A stretch of 58,421 bases of DNA, taken from positions 1 to 58,421 of the IMG/VR virus record IMGVR_UViG_3300017963_000308. One strand, 5' to 3'. Source of the stretch: a virus (lineage: Duplodnaviria > Caudoviricetes). This document shows, in pieces, positions 36,136 to 46,207 of the stretch; position 1 is the first letter of the stretch; each line of letters opens with the position of its first letter. Under the pieces are notes generated by a model. It was not told where the DNA came from, made no database searches, and saw only the letters and a list, made by a program, of their open reading frames with translations. Made by a program: the position numbers and the translations under genes.

Positions 36136-36547
36136 AGCTTTTGTGAGAGCGGTTCGCGGCCGGGTAGAAGATGGAATTCAAGATCATGATGTAAGACAAC
36201 GGCTTGTAAAACGCCTGAAAACAATGGAAAGGCAAGTAGACAATTCCGCTCGATTGTTAGGGGAAGTGATAAGTATTTTGCAAGAGGGCCATGACTTCAC
36301 CAAAGATATTCGGGATGAAATTGCGGAATTGATTACTGACCAACAACACATGGACCAAAAAGAACTTGCCCGGATGCACCAAATTGGGTTGATGCTGGAT
36401 TTGGGGATGAATGATGTTTTGGTGCCATTTACCGAAGATGAGTGGACCAAGATGTTTATGCTTGTTAGTCCGGAAGTGTTTACTTCTGCCTTTAACGCAC
36501 TCCCCGTAGATAAGCGGGCCGCATTGATGGAGAACGTATTAATTTGA
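36125..36547 (+). CDS. Hypothetical protein
   Basis: AGGAG RBS, 140 aa. Confidence 0.75.
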   Translation: MLTKAFVRAVRGRVEDGIQDHDVRQRLVKRLKTMERQVDNSARLLGEVISILQEGHDFTKDIRDEIAELITDQQHMDQKELARMHQIGLMLDLGMNDVLVPFTEDEWTKMFMLVSPEVFTSAFNALPVDKRAALMENVLI

Positions 36548-36645
36548 CAACAGTCAGGGGACGAGCTAGAATACAAGTACATTTTGGTTTTTCCTTTGCT
36601 AGAGAGCTACCGCTTTGGGCCACAGGGCGGTAGCTCTCACTTTTT
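36544..36645 (+). ncRNA. Candidate sRNA unit 1 (promoter, anti-RBS segment, hairpin/terminator)
   Basis: TTGACA-17-TAGAAT; CATTTTGGTTTTTCCTTT; 12-bp stem 36602-36638 with GGCCAC; T run. Confidence 0.55.
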
Positions 36646-36750
36646 GACATCTATAAGTAGCATGGTATAATTTTCTTAGTTTTCAGCATAGGGTTTCCCT
36701 CCAAGTCCAAGAAGTCGCCTCTAGGCCACGGGGCGACTTCTGCCTTTTCT
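36644..36750 (+). ncRNA. Candidate sRNA unit 2
   Basis: TTGACA-16-TATAAT; CAGCATAGGGTTTCCCTCC; 10-bp stem 36710-36741 with GGCCAC loop. Confidence 0.55.
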
Positions 36751-36751
36751 C

Positions 36752-36895
36752 TTGACAGCAAAGAACAAGTGTGCTATTATTACAATGTAATATCTGTTGA
36801 TCAGCAAACAAGCCAAGGTATTTTTATAGCGCATAACTAAAAAAAATATCATAGTAAGACAGAGCGCACGGACGCCACTAGCAGCCGTGCGCTCT
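36752..36895 (+). promoter_or_regulatory. Promoter and hairpin leader of the head/tail operon
   Basis: TTGACA-17-TATTAT containing GAAC-AAGT-GTGC; 11-bp stem 36861-36895 with GCCAC loop just before the RBS. Confidence 0.7.
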
Positions 36896-36914
36896 TTGTA
36901 TTTTGGGAGAATTT

Positions 36915-38447
36915 ATGACGGTTTACACCGCTACAACTGTAAACTTGGATCGGGCAGACGACATGCGGGCGCAAGAGGACCGGTCGCGCCGGTATCGGAT
37001 TCAAATTAGGGAAGATGGCAATTTGGTTAAGCCCTCAGATTGGGCAGATTTGACCGACTCTCAGTGGGGAGATCCGGTCAATTATTTTTTCCCTGTGCCT
37101 GATAGGGAATATGCTGAAAGAGCCAAGATTGAGTTTACCGGTAGCCTGGAAGAATATGATGAAGAAAGCAGGCGCGTTATCGTTTCCAGGATTAATCGAT
37201 TGGCCCGGAAGTATAGCGTTGACCCAATTAGAAATACGGCCAATGAGTTGAGGTTTGATACTTCGGATGAGGGGCACAATATACGTGCTTCCATTACCGG
37301 TGAAGTAGTTATGACTGAAGATCCTGTGTCTAACGAAAGTGGTCCGGTAATGCAAATCGCCGCCGCCCGAAGAGCCGTATTGTATCATCCCTGGTTTGGT
37401 AAGATGATCCTGGATGATGACTTCTTTGAAAGCATGATTGACAACTGGGAAAGCCGCTTGCTTGGGGTTGACGTTGCTATTGATGCGGAACATCGCAATG
37501 GACCGACCGGGGGGATGGCCTTGGCTTGGGTAACCGGAGTTCATATGGAGCGCGATAAATTCATGTTGTCGGTTAAGCCGACGCAAACAGGCGCACCGCT
37601 TCTGGGTAATGAGTACCGGTATACCAGTATTGAATTTTTTACCAATTATTTTGAGCGAGAAATCATGGCCTATTACGGTCCTGCTTTGGTCGCATGCGCC
37701 GCGACTAATCTCCCCTTTGTGCATCGCAATGATCCTATCCAACCACGATTTCAGGTTTCCCAGTCTGATGTAGGGTTGCCGGTTGCATCTGTAATTGTGA
37801 GCGGTAATGGGTATACAACAACGGGTAGCACAACTAACGTGACTATTCAAGACAATAGTCAGGTCGCCGCTAGAGAGGCGGAAGATACTGGCGAGTCAAT
37901 AGAACCGGGCGAAACTGCCCAAGAAGGAGTTGAACAAATGACTGACCAAGCAACCGAAGTTATGCCGGAAGTTATTCACGCTGAAACCCTGGTCGTCGGT
38001 GATCGCGAATTTTCGGCTGATGATGTAAATGCGCTATTGCAGCAGCAAGCGGAATTGGAAAGGCAACGCGAGAAAGATGTCCTGGCATTACTGCAAGCTG
38101 AAGTTGATGCCGTGAGAGCCGCCGCTAATGACCGCGGTGTTCCGCCCGTGGCGATCCGCTATGCCTGTTCTTTGATGGCCGCGTTGGGCCGGGAACAAAC
38201 CGCCACTATCGTTATGGAAGATGGTAGCGAAAAAGAAATGACGACTTTTGAAGCTTTGAAAGCTTTGCTTGAAGCAATCCCGGGCAAAGCTGGAGAAGTA
38301 ACGCCGCGTGTAATTGAGGGTGAACGCCCCGATGACACCCATAACGGCGAAGAAAATATGACCTTGGAACAAGCTGAAGCCGCCGCCAAAGAAGCCCGCC
38401 GGAAATATAAGATCGGCAATTTAGGCGATCAGCAAGTGTCCCTATAA
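36915..38447 (+). CDS. Prohead protease/scaffold (Mu gpI-like) with N-terminal DUF6582-like domain
   Basis: ID.EH, A.AWV, YRY.S.EF, GPAL...A.TN.PF; acidic helical C-terminus. Confidence 0.88.
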   Translation: MTVYTATTVNLDRADDMRAQEDRSRRYRIQIREDGNLVKPSDWADLTDSQWGDPVNYFFPVPDREYAERAKIEFTGSLEEYDEESRRVIVSRINRLARKYSVDPIRNTANELRFDTSDEGHNIRASITGEVVMTEDPVSNESGPVMQIAAARRAVLYHPWFGKMILDDDFFESMIDNWESRLLGVDVAIDAEHRNGPTGGMALAWVTGVHMERDKFMLSVKPTQTGAPLLGNEYRYTSIEFFTNYFEREIMAYYGPALVACAATNLPFVHRNDPIQPRFQVSQSDVGLPVASVIVSGNGYTTTGSTTNVTIQDNSQVAAREAEDTGESIEPGETAQEGVEQMTDQATEVMPEVIHAETLVVGDREFSADDVNALLQQQAELERQREKDVLALLQAEVDAVRAAANDRGVPPVAIRYACSLMAALGREQTATIVMEDGSEKEMTTFEALKALLEAIPGKAGEVTPRVIEGERPDDTHNGEENMTLEQAEAAAKEARRKYKIGNLGDQQVSL

Positions 38448-38475
38448 GTAGCATAGGCTATAAAGGAGTAATAAT

Positions 38476-38883
38476 ATGCCTCTGTCACCAAGTATTACTA
38501 GCTACGAATTTACTAGGGATGACTTTGTATTAAACCCCCATGATGCCATTGTTGCAACGTATACCGCGGATTCGAACTACGTGGCGACTGAAACATTGGT
38601 AGATGGATCGACTCCGAAGCTGCTCCGGCAAGGAACGGTTTTGGCGATGAATCCGGCGAACTACAAAGTTGTTCCCAATTATACCGCTTACGGCTTTGCG
38701 GCCATCGGTATTTTGTATCAGGACTACAACGCGGACGACGGCGATGATGTTGTGCCGGTTGTGTTGGCCGCAGAAGTCCAAGAAGATGTGCTAGTCGATA
38801 ATGGCGTTTACGGTACCATTCTGGCCGCGACAAAAACCGCGTTGGCCGGTCGGGTGACCTTCCACGCCAGTAACCGGTTATAA
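38476..38883 (+). CDS. Head decoration protein
   Basis: Between protease and capsid; L..GTVLA...GIL..D pattern. Confidence 0.8.
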   Translation: MPLSPSITSYEFTRDDFVLNPHDAIVATYTADSNYVATETLVDGSTPKLLRQGTVLAMNPANYKVVPNYTAYGFAAIGILYQDYNADDGDDVVPVVLAAEVQEDVLVDNGVYGTILAATKTALAGRVTFHASNRL

Positions 38884-38906
38884 GGCCGGATAGGAGTTTA
38901 TAGAAA

Positions 38907-39980
38907 ATGGCTAAATACACCATCCCTGCCTTTCTGCGAAATCCGCAAATTTCCGGCATTGTGCGTACCACGGAACTACCTACCACGTATCTGTTTGACA
39001 GGTGGTTTCCTTATGACCCGGTTACCGCGGACGAGTTTGAAAGTCTGATTGTTCTCGATCAGGTAGATCTCGCCCCGTTTGTGGCGGTTGACGCCGCTAC
39101 GCCAACGATGCATGGCGATCTGATGTCCCAATTCAAATGGGAAGTCGCCTATATCCGATACAAGAAAGCCTTTAAGGAGAGTGATTTTCGGGGCTTCTTT
39201 GAACCGGGTGTTGGCGATCCTGGTACGCTGGCCTATGCTAATGCACAGGCCGCAGAAGCTAAAATTCGCCGCTATATCGATGCGTTGTCTTTGTCGGTTG
39301 ATGCCCGGAAAGAGTGGATCTTTACCAATGCGATTGCCGGGGCTATTTCGTACGACGATGATAACGTCCAGTTTGACCTGACTTTTGACGGTGCCTATAT
39401 GGGTGCTTCGCGGCGCAAAACCCCCTCGACTCTTTGGTCCGCCGCTTCGCCTACCATCGTAGCCGACCTGTCCAACTGGGTTGAAGAGATTTCCGACGAA
39501 ACCGGCATTGACGATTGGACCATGATGACCACTCCCAAGGTAATTGGCCTGATGGCCCGTGATTCCGGCATTCAACGCTTGTGGCAGAATACCAGTCGTA
39601 TTCCGGCTCCCCAAGATCCCGGCTCCCTGGATCCGGTAATGGGCACTCAACTACCCGGGGCTTTGTCGTTGCTTAACATCAACGGCTTGATCAAATACAC
39701 GGCGAAGTATTCTACCCTGAGCCAAACTGCTCTTGGGGCCGCTTCCAGAACTAAGACCCGTTTTATCAACGATAACGATGTTTTCTTGCTCCCGACCAAT
39801 GAGCCGCTTGGCCGATTCGCTTCGGCTCCGGCGCAACCCAACGAATGGCAACCCGGAAAGTTTGGGTGGACCAAAGAGCAAGTGGATCCGTGGGTCATAG
39901 AAGTTGGAGCGGGCGAATATACGTGGATTGATTTTCCGCCGCCCAATCATAATAAGGTTTTGCAAGCGCGAGTGGCCTAA
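38907..39980 (+). CDS. Major capsid protein (lambda gpE-like, HK97 fold)
   Basis: 357 aa; LFDRWFP, APFV..DA, R.EW....A..G, terminal DP. Confidence 0.92.
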   Translation: MAKYTIPAFLRNPQISGIVRTTELPTTYLFDRWFPYDPVTADEFESLIVLDQVDLAPFVAVDAATPTMHGDLMSQFKWEVAYIRYKKAFKESDFRGFFEPGVGDPGTLAYANAQAAEAKIRRYIDALSLSVDARKEWIFTNAIAGAISYDDDNVQFDLTFDGAYMGASRRKTPSTLWSAASPTIVADLSNWVEEISDETGIDDWTMMTTPKVIGLMARDSGIQRLWQNTSRIPAPQDPGSLDPVMGTQLPGALSLLNINGLIKYTAKYSTLSQTALGAASRTKTRFINDNDVFLLPTNEPLGRFASAPAQPNEWQPGKFGWTKEQVDPWVIEVGAGEYTWIDFPPPNHNKVLQARVA

Positions 39981-40510
39981 TGGCTAACAACGGGGATATC
40001 ACCCATACTGATATCGAATCGTTTCTTAAGATCGGTTCAGCGTTTCCGACCACATCTAACACAACGCTAACCGAAGATGATGTTGATGCGTTATGTACAT
40101 CCATAAATAGCGAAGTTAACCTAATCTTAACCGACCTTGGATTTTCGCTTCCGATTACCGCAACCGACTCTATCCAATGGCTTAAGATGGTTAAGCAGCA
40201 CGGGGCCGGATCGCTAGTCCTGGATGGGTTAGCCTCACAAGCAACAGAGGAAAACAATACCAGAGCACAACGTCTATGGGATCGTTACAGAAGTTGGCTA
40301 GACCAACTTATCGAGTCAGGGGGTGATATCCTCGATGCGCCAAAACAAACAGATCCGGTACCAAGTACCCTGCCTGTAGTTTTCGGTCAATATGATGAAG
40401 CACATCGCAAGCGATATCTCAGATTTCCGCAACGGGCCAGGGTAGATCACCTGGACAACGAAGAAGAGATAGCAGATAGTGACTTTGCCGGTCAGGTAAG
40501 GGGCTTTTAG
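39980..40510 (+). CDS. Head-tail adaptor protein
   Basis: Position after capsid; helical, I..EVN..L...GF.LP. Confidence 0.7.
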   Translation: MANNGDITHTDIESFLKIGSAFPTTSNTTLTEDDVDALCTSINSEVNLILTDLGFSLPITATDSIQWLKMVKQHGAGSLVLDGLASQATEENNTRAQRLWDRYRSWLDQLIESGGDILDAPKQTDPVPSTLPVVFGQYDEAHRKRYLRFPQRARVDHLDNEEEIADSDFAGQVRGF

Positions 40511-41022
40511 TGGCGTTTAATAACCCAGAAAGTGTAGCCAGAAATGTCCTTACTATTCATGAAAGCGATTATCCGGCAATCTTGGCAAGTGTGGTTTCTG
40601 AATGGGCCGCAACAGAGGATGTCGATCTCGAAGATTTTCATACACGCGTTCTCACGTCGCGGCCGAATGTTTTAGAGGAACATTGGATTTTACCGGCAAT
40701 GACGGTTGCGGTAATGGATCTAAAACCAACCGCTTCCGAACAGGCGTTTCAACAATACAAGAATTACTATGATCTGGAAATTGCAATAACTTACTTTTTC
40801 TCGCATGTGGATGCAAGAACGCTATCATTAATTATTTTAAGACACATGCAAGCAACCTTGCAATTTCTTGGCGAGAATCCAGGTGTTGGTTTAGCCGGTA
40901 GGGATGGAGTCCAAATCGAAACGGTGAGGATGACTCCGAGTTATACTGCCACATCTGGTAATGTGTACCGAAAAGGGTTGATGACCCTCTTCGATTTTAG
41001 AATGCTACAATATGGGCCTTAA
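40510..41022 (+). CDS. Neck/tail terminator-like protein
   Basis: Position and size; P...V pattern. Confidence 0.55.
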   Translation: MAFNNPESVARNVLTIHESDYPAILASVVSEWAATEDVDLEDFHTRVLTSRPNVLEEHWILPAMTVAVMDLKPTASEQAFQQYKNYYDLEIAITYFFSHVDARTLSLIILRHMQATLQFLGENPGVGLAGRDGVQIETVRMTPSYTATSGNVYRKGLMTLFDFRMLQYGP

Positions 41023-41509
41023 CGTAGAGTACAATGTAGAAGATGCTGATGTCAAACATCTTTTGCAATTCTTAAAGGGCCAATGGCTTCTAATTATACA
41101 CAACGAAATGCATGATTGGGGCCAGGAATTACAAGCACTTGCCCAAAAATTAAGTCCAGAAGATAAGCTTCGTGGGATAGATTCCCGCCGCAGGCCGACA
41201 AAGGATAGGTTGGCTTTTTCGTGGGGATTTGATGTGGATACCGGGGGCGGAGCGTCGCGGCTAGAGATATTTTCGTCGGATGAACGCGCTCATTTGATCC
41301 TGTTTCCTACATCGGCTAAAGATGACGTGACGCCCCGGGGTGATGATCCGATGTTTTTCTATTTTGAGGATGGCAGGGCTGCTCAAGCTTGGTCGATTAA
41401 CAAACCTGCTACGCCGGGGCAACCTGTACACTTGTGGGCAATTGAAGAATTTGGGATCGATGCCCACGTTATGACATTGGCTAGGAAATTAGCCAAAGGA
41501 GTATTGTAA
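41012..41509 (+). CDS. Tail completion/neck protein (HK97 gp10-like)
   Basis: A..LSP....L..S; fibre-like I.P...M.F....P.TPGQP. Confidence 0.6.
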   Translation: MGLNVEYNVEDADVKHLLQFLKGQWLLIIHNEMHDWGQELQALAQKLSPEDKLRGIDSRRRPTKDRLAFSWGFDVDTGGGASRLEIFSSDERAHLILFPTSAKDDVTPRGDDPMFFYFEDGRAAQAWSINKPATPGQPVHLWAIEEFGIDAHVMTLARKLAKGVL

Positions 41510-41510
41510 G

Positions 41511-42125
41511 ATGCCTACTACCGCAGAATTTTGGAACCAAGGTACCGAAGAGGCTAACATCGTTGGTGGGCCAGCACGTATATTGGTTGCGGCCAGGGCT
41601 ACACAAGCCTATCCTGAGTTAATCAGCGATGTGATTAACCTGAGCACTTATGCGGCGCAATCCGGCTGGACAGACTTGGGACATAGTTCCACACCATTCG
41701 CCCAAACTTCGGGTTTTGATACCACGGAATGGGAGTCCCAACAGGCCGGTATCATTAACATCCAGGTTGGAAATTGGAATCGCACCATCACTGTTTCTCT
41801 GATGGAAAGCCGAAATGACAAGGTTATGGAAGTTGTTCATGAGGCGGGCGGCCAAACTGCCAACGCGGACGGTGATGATGTCAAATATATGTGGGACAAG
41901 AGTGACATTACCGAATGGCGTGTTGTGGCGATCAATTTGGAAGAGGCCGGTACAGCAGGATCCAATATCATTATGGATGTATTTCCGTTCTGTAAACGAT
42001 CCGGAGCCGATGCCGAAACCGCTTGGGATCGTGGTAATCCGCAGGTGCATTCGCTCGAATTACGTCCGTTCCCAGATTCCGGTGTGCCCAATCAGGCCAA
42101 TTGGTACCGAATCTCACAACAATAG
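41511..42125 (+). CDS. Major tail tube protein
   Basis: G.ARI.VA, WTDLG, beta-rich, upstream of chaperones. Confidence 0.85.
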   Translation: MPTTAEFWNQGTEEANIVGGPARILVAARATQAYPELISDVINLSTYAAQSGWTDLGHSSTPFAQTSGFDTTEWESQQAGIINIQVGNWNRTITVSLMESRNDKVMEVVHEAGGQTANADGDDVKYMWDKSDITEWRVVAINLEEAGTAGSNIIMDVFPFCKRSGADAETAWDRGNPQVHSLELRPFPDSGVPNQANWYRISQQ

Positions 42126-42140
42126 TAGAAAGGGAGAGTA

Positions 42141-42704
42141 ATGCCTAAACCCAGAGCGGTCAAAAAGGTCTTTGAGCCGGAGCGATATGAAGTAGAATTT
42201 GGCGACAAGACGCTTGTGGTAGAACCGCAACCAATGGAAGTTGTTATCGCCTTTTACGAAGCGGTTGAAGAAGAAATCGGATCGTTTAACTCTGCTCTTG
42301 AAGTTGATTGGTATGTAGAGGTTGACGGTGAGCGGATAGCCGGTCCATTCGAAGAAGAGGTTGATGCCGTAGACGCGGCGGGCGATCATAAAGATGGAAT
42401 CGTTGTAAGCGATGTGTCGTTTAAGACGGTGATTGAAAAATTGCTTGCCGCTCCTTACAAGCCATTGGTTGCGGTCATACCCGGGCTAGAAGAAGATGAC
42501 ATCAGACATATGACTTTCCCCCATTTGATGTTTGTGCTGGATCTGGTAATTGAGGTTAATGGCCTTAAGTTCTTCAAGTCATTTGTAAAAAAAACGTGGG
42601 GCGATCTGGGGCCGAAGATCATAAGTACATGGATTTCCTCAATCGTCGCGGATTTGAACAGTTTTACCGTGACACAGACGGCAACGAGTGGGGATCAGAC
42701 ATAG
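42141..42704 (+). CDS. Tail assembly chaperone (gpG-like)
   Basis: Between tube and tape measure; carries an A8 slippery site. Confidence 0.8.
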   Translation: MPKPRAVKKVFEPERYEVEFGDKTLVVEPQPMEVVIAFYEAVEEEIGSFNSALEVDWYVEVDGERIAGPFEEEVDAVDAAGDHKDGIVVSDVSFKTVIEKLLAAPYKPLVAVIPGLEEDDIRHMTFPHLMFVLDLVIEVNGLKFFKSFVKKTWGDLGPKIISTWISSIVADLNSFTVTQTATSGDQT

Positions 42705-43045
42705 ATGTAATCATTCGAGAGTTAGTTGGGCCGCCGTATTACCTTCCAATCGAAAAAATACTTACCGAAATGACTTTGCCTCAAGTGCTTTATATGCTAT
42801 TGGGCAAAAAGGAGCATGAAGCAGCCGATGCGCGCCAATTCTTCACCCTCACTATGGCGGCCATCGGCTCTTGTTTTGGTAAGGATGGTGAAAGATTGGC
42901 AAATAAGATACTCGATTCGCTTGATGGGCCGCCTGTTCCGATAGATGAGCTTATCAGAGATATGCCGCGCGAACAAGCGTTGATTATGTTTGGGGCAGCA
43001 AGGTTGGCGGAACTGGAAAATGGACAAGAAACGAATTCTGATTGA
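42587..43045 (+). CDS. Tail assembly chaperone C-terminal part (gpGT via -1 frameshift)
   Basis: A-AAA-AAA heptamer 42587-42593; -1 frame open from 42569 to 43045. Confidence 0.75.
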   Translation, partial: KKNVGRSGAEDHKYMDFLNRRGFEQFYRDTDGNEWGSDIDVIIRELVGPPYYLPIEKILTEMTLPQVLYMLLGKKEHEAADARQFFTLTMAAIGSCFGKDGERLANKILDSLDGPPVPIDELIRDMPREQALIMFGAARLAELENGQETNSD

Positions 43046-46000
43046 GATCCTAACCAAATTTACTGACAGTGGAGTCAGGGCCGCCCGTGCTTCAGTTGAA
43101 ACACTGAATGCCGAAATGAAAGCTATGCAAAAGCAGCTTAATGCGGCGGTTAGGGCTGAAACCAACATCCCCAAAGTTCAACAAAGGCTAGATAAAGCTG
43201 TTACCCAAGAATTAAAGCAGCAAATTTCCGACCGCAGACGGTTGATTAGTCTTAGCAATCAACTTACCAAAGCGTTATCCAGAGAAGCCGCGGCCGCAAC
43301 CAAAGCAAGCCTATCATTCAAGAGTTTTCGGGGTGCGCTTAGGGGTACCGGCCAACAGCTAAAAGGCCTTCTGGGGAAATTGGGCGGGGTTACTTCTGCT
43401 TTTCGAGCACTCACTCTACAAAACACCCTGGTTGGTAGGGTTACGTTTGGTTTTCTGACTGTCCAATTTTGGCGTGCTATTGGTGATGCTATAGGGTTTG
43501 CTACTAACGCTATTGTCAAAGGCAACGCGGCCATGCAATCGGCCATTGGGACATTTACCGCCCTTAGTGGTGGCAATCGGGCTTCTGCGGATAAATTTAT
43601 AGCCATTCTAAAAAATCTGTCTGTAGAAACCGGTGTAGCTTTTGATACATTACTGGAAAATGCTAGACGTTTGCCGTCAAAGGTTGGGCAAAACTTTCAG
43701 GATTTTACCAAGCTAACCAAAGCCGCAATTGCTATCGGCATGATCGATCCGGCTCAGGGGGCTGAAGGTGCCTTCTTTGCTCTCACGAATGCCTTGGAAG
43801 GTGGAGCACAAGGGCTTAGATCCCTGATTCAAAGGTTTGAAATTGGGACGGTCAAGGATTTTAATGAGGAATTAGACAAAACCGGCAATGTGGTAGATGC
43901 CCTTTTGGGGTTGTTGGCTAGATCGAATATCGAAGTAGATGCTTTTATTAAAGCGCAACGCAACACATGGCCTGTAGTCGTAATGGGTCTGCAAACGATG
44001 CTCAAAGAGTTTTTGCGAGTATCTACATCCCCATTTTTCAATCGAATGACCGAAGATTTGGCTCGCTTGAGAGATTGGTTACAGGATAACGCGGCCGCGG
44101 TAGAGGCGTTGGCGCAAGTAATAGGCGACAAGCTAATGGTTGCCTATGAACTTTTCTTGTCATTTATCCGGGAACTAACAGGGGGAAAGGAAATAACCGC
44201 GGCTTCATTGTTTAATGGCGTTGTCAATGCGATTAATGGCTTCGTAGACTTTTTGCATAACGCTTTTGTAGCTATTGCTAACCTGATAGCCAACATTGCA
44301 AATCTAATTAGCATGTTGTTTGGTGGGCCACGGGTAGTAGAACAAGTCAAACAAGATGCAAGGACGGTGACTGATGAAGTTACGGCCGCGGCCAAAGAAA
44401 CCAGTAAAGCGGTCGAAGAAACGGTTGAATCCGCCGCCGAAGCAGCCCAAGAAATCCCGGAAAAAATAGTCAAACCTCTTGGGAGTGTGGTTTCTAGCCT
44501 TAAGGCTATTGGCGATATCGGCAAGCGCACAACAGAACAGATGGTAGCAGGGATTATAGAGGGGCTAAATACCGAAACCTTGGAAGCTGCTACCCAAGCT
44601 ATTTTGAGTAACGTAATTAATCTGGAAGCACAGGAGAAACGGCAAGAGGAATCCATTGATAAGTTGGAAGACTGGGTAAATGAAGCCGCGGCCGAAGTGG
44701 ACGCTGCTAAAGATCGATTAAAGCTGTTCGATCTGGCAACTGAGGACATCCCAGAGCGATTCACCCGGGCGCGTCGTCGCCAACTTGAATTAGAGATATT
44801 AAGGGCAGAGCAGGAAGAAAAGCGGCGCAAGGCCGCCTTAGATGCGGCAAAAGAGCAACTTAAAATCACAAAAGAACAACTGGCCGCCCAAGAAAAAGTA
44901 TTAGCTTTACTCGAACAGGCTCTAAAAGAGCAGGAAAAGGCCGGTCAGGGGGTGTTTACCGGTTTTAAGGATACGGACATCGATACAACCGGCTTTGCAG
45001 AAGAGGTTGATCGATTAAAAGATATTTTCTCAGACAGACTCCAGCCTACGTTTGATAATATTCGAGACTTATTCCGGGATATGGCCGATTTCGTGAGAGG
45101 TTTTGTTGGGGCCGATCCTGCGGGGCAAATTGAAGGAATGTGGGCCGCGGGCAAGAAACTACGTGAAGCAATTGCCGGGATCGCGGGTGGCTTGGGAGAT
45201 CTGATTAATAAGGTTGATTCCATTTTCGCCGGGTTTAGTGATGGATGGGCTAATCTTGATCCCAGTATGCGAAAATTCCTGCTTGTCCTTTTGGGGATTG
45301 GGGCACTTAAGAACGCCGGATTGATTACTGCGGCCATCAGACTTGTTTGGTCATTTGGGGGATTATTGGCTAATTCCGCGACGGTCGGGCTTAAGCTATT
45401 GGCCGCTCTTACCGGAGTAAGCGCGCTAACATTGGGCGCGCTAGCCGTTTCTATAGTGGTATTGGCAACTCTTATTTGGAAGGGTCGAGAGGAATTATCC
45501 AAGTGGATTACCGGCCAACGCCCGTTAGAACTACAAGTTGTGCTCATTACCAAAGGGATCGAAGCGATTAACAAATTGCTTGATTTTGTTGGGTCTGACA
45601 AGCAACTTGATGTTGGGGCAATAACTAAGCCATTTGCCGATCAAATTCAACAGATCAAGGATGAGGTTGCCCAAGATGAAGGGATCGTCCCATCACTTTT
45701 GAAGTGGTTAAGCGGGGTTAGGTTGGCGCAATTGGCCGGTAAGTTCTACTCCGCAATGCGCGACAATATGAAAAAACCCATCGTTGACGTGGCTCAGGAA
45801 ACAAGCGATGAAGTTGTTGGGAATTCGATTATCCCGGACATGCTATCAATGGTAGCTCAGGCTATCATCGATTCTACCCCCAGAATCAAGGGGGCTATGA
45901 TCGCCATGAGAGTTTCGATCATGATGGAAATGAACGCCTTCCGAGATGAATGGCTTTCCGATTGGGATGAAATGGCCGCGGCCGTCCGCAATACTATGGA

Positions 46001-46205
46001 TATGACTGATGAAGCCAGGGAAGAGAGCGGGCGAAGAACATCTAGCGCGGTACCCAAATCGGTTACGGAACGATTCAGGGAAGCCGCCCGGGAAAGCGAC
46101 TCCAGTGTCAATATCAGAATGGACGCTAACGAAACTCGCCGGTTTATGGAAGAGGGTTTTTACGAAAGATTAGCCGAATTTGGTCGGACGACTAGGGGGC
46201 GATAA
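43020..46205 (+). CDS. Tape measure protein
   Basis: About 1060 aa, Ala/Gly-rich helical, hydrophobic segment, C-terminal VGNSIIPDM motif. Confidence 0.93.
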   Translation: MDKKRILIEILTKFTDSGVRAARASVETLNAEMKAMQKQLNAAVRAETNIPKVQQRLDKAVTQELKQQISDRRRLISLSNQLTKALSREAAAATKASLSFKSFRGALRGTGQQLKGLLGKLGGVTSAFRALTLQNTLVGRVTFGFLTVQFWRAIGDAIGFATNAIVKGNAAMQSAIGTFTALSGGNRASADKFIAILKNLSVETGVAFDTLLENARRLPSKVGQNFQDFTKLTKAAIAIGMIDPAQGAEGAFFALTNALEGGAQGLRSLIQRFEIGTVKDFNEELDKTGNVVDALLGLLARSNIEVDAFIKAQRNTWPVVVMGLQTMLKEFLRVSTSPFFNRMTEDLARLRDWLQDNAAAVEALAQVIGDKLMVAYELFLSFIRELTGGKEITAASLFNGVVNAINGFVDFLHNAFVAIANLIANIANLISMLFGGPRVVEQVKQDARTVTDEVTAAAKETSKAVEETVESAAEAAQEIPEKIVKPLGSVVSSLKAIGDIGKRTTEQMVAGIIEGLNTETLEAATQAILSNVINLEAQEKRQEESIDKLEDWVNEAAAEVDAAKDRLKLFDLATEDIPERFTRARRRQLELEILRAEQEEKRRKAALDAAKEQLKITKEQLAAQEKVLALLEQALKEQEKAGQGVFTGFKDTDIDTTGFAEEVDRLKDIFSDRLQPTFDNIRDLFRDMADFVRGFVGADPAGQIEGMWAAGKKLREAIAGIAGGLGDLINKVDSIFAGFSDGWANLDPSMRKFLLVLLGIGALKNAGLITAAIRLVWSFGGLLANSATVGLKLLAALTGVSALTLGALAVSIVVLATLIWKGREELSKWITGQRPLELQVVLITKGIEAINKLLDFVGSDKQLDVGAITKPFADQIQQIKDEVAQDEGIVPSLLKWLSGVRLAQLAGKFYSAMRDNMKKPIVDVAQETSDEVVGNSIIPDMLSMVAQAIIDSTPRIKGAMIAMRVSIMMEMNAFRDEWLSDWDEMAAAVRNTMDMTDEAREESGRRTSSAVPKSVTERFREAARESDSSVNIRMDANETRRFMEEGFYERLAEFGRTTRGR

Positions 46206-46207
46206 AA

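Noticed and set aside
36184-36582. Antisense ORF with an AAAGGA RBS
   Set aside because: Lies almost entirely antisense to a better gene and crosses a plus-strand promoter; the RBS/ATG is better explained as the complement of the sRNA guide.
37035-46111. Long minus-strand ORFs opposite structural genes (e.g. 37035-37850, 38976-39650, 44144-44869, 44945-45601)
   Set aside because: Shadow frames of well-supported plus-strand genes.
43020-46205. Frequent GCGGCC/GGCCGCGG words
   Set aside because: Explained by Ala-Ala codon runs; enrichment cannot be tested by eye.
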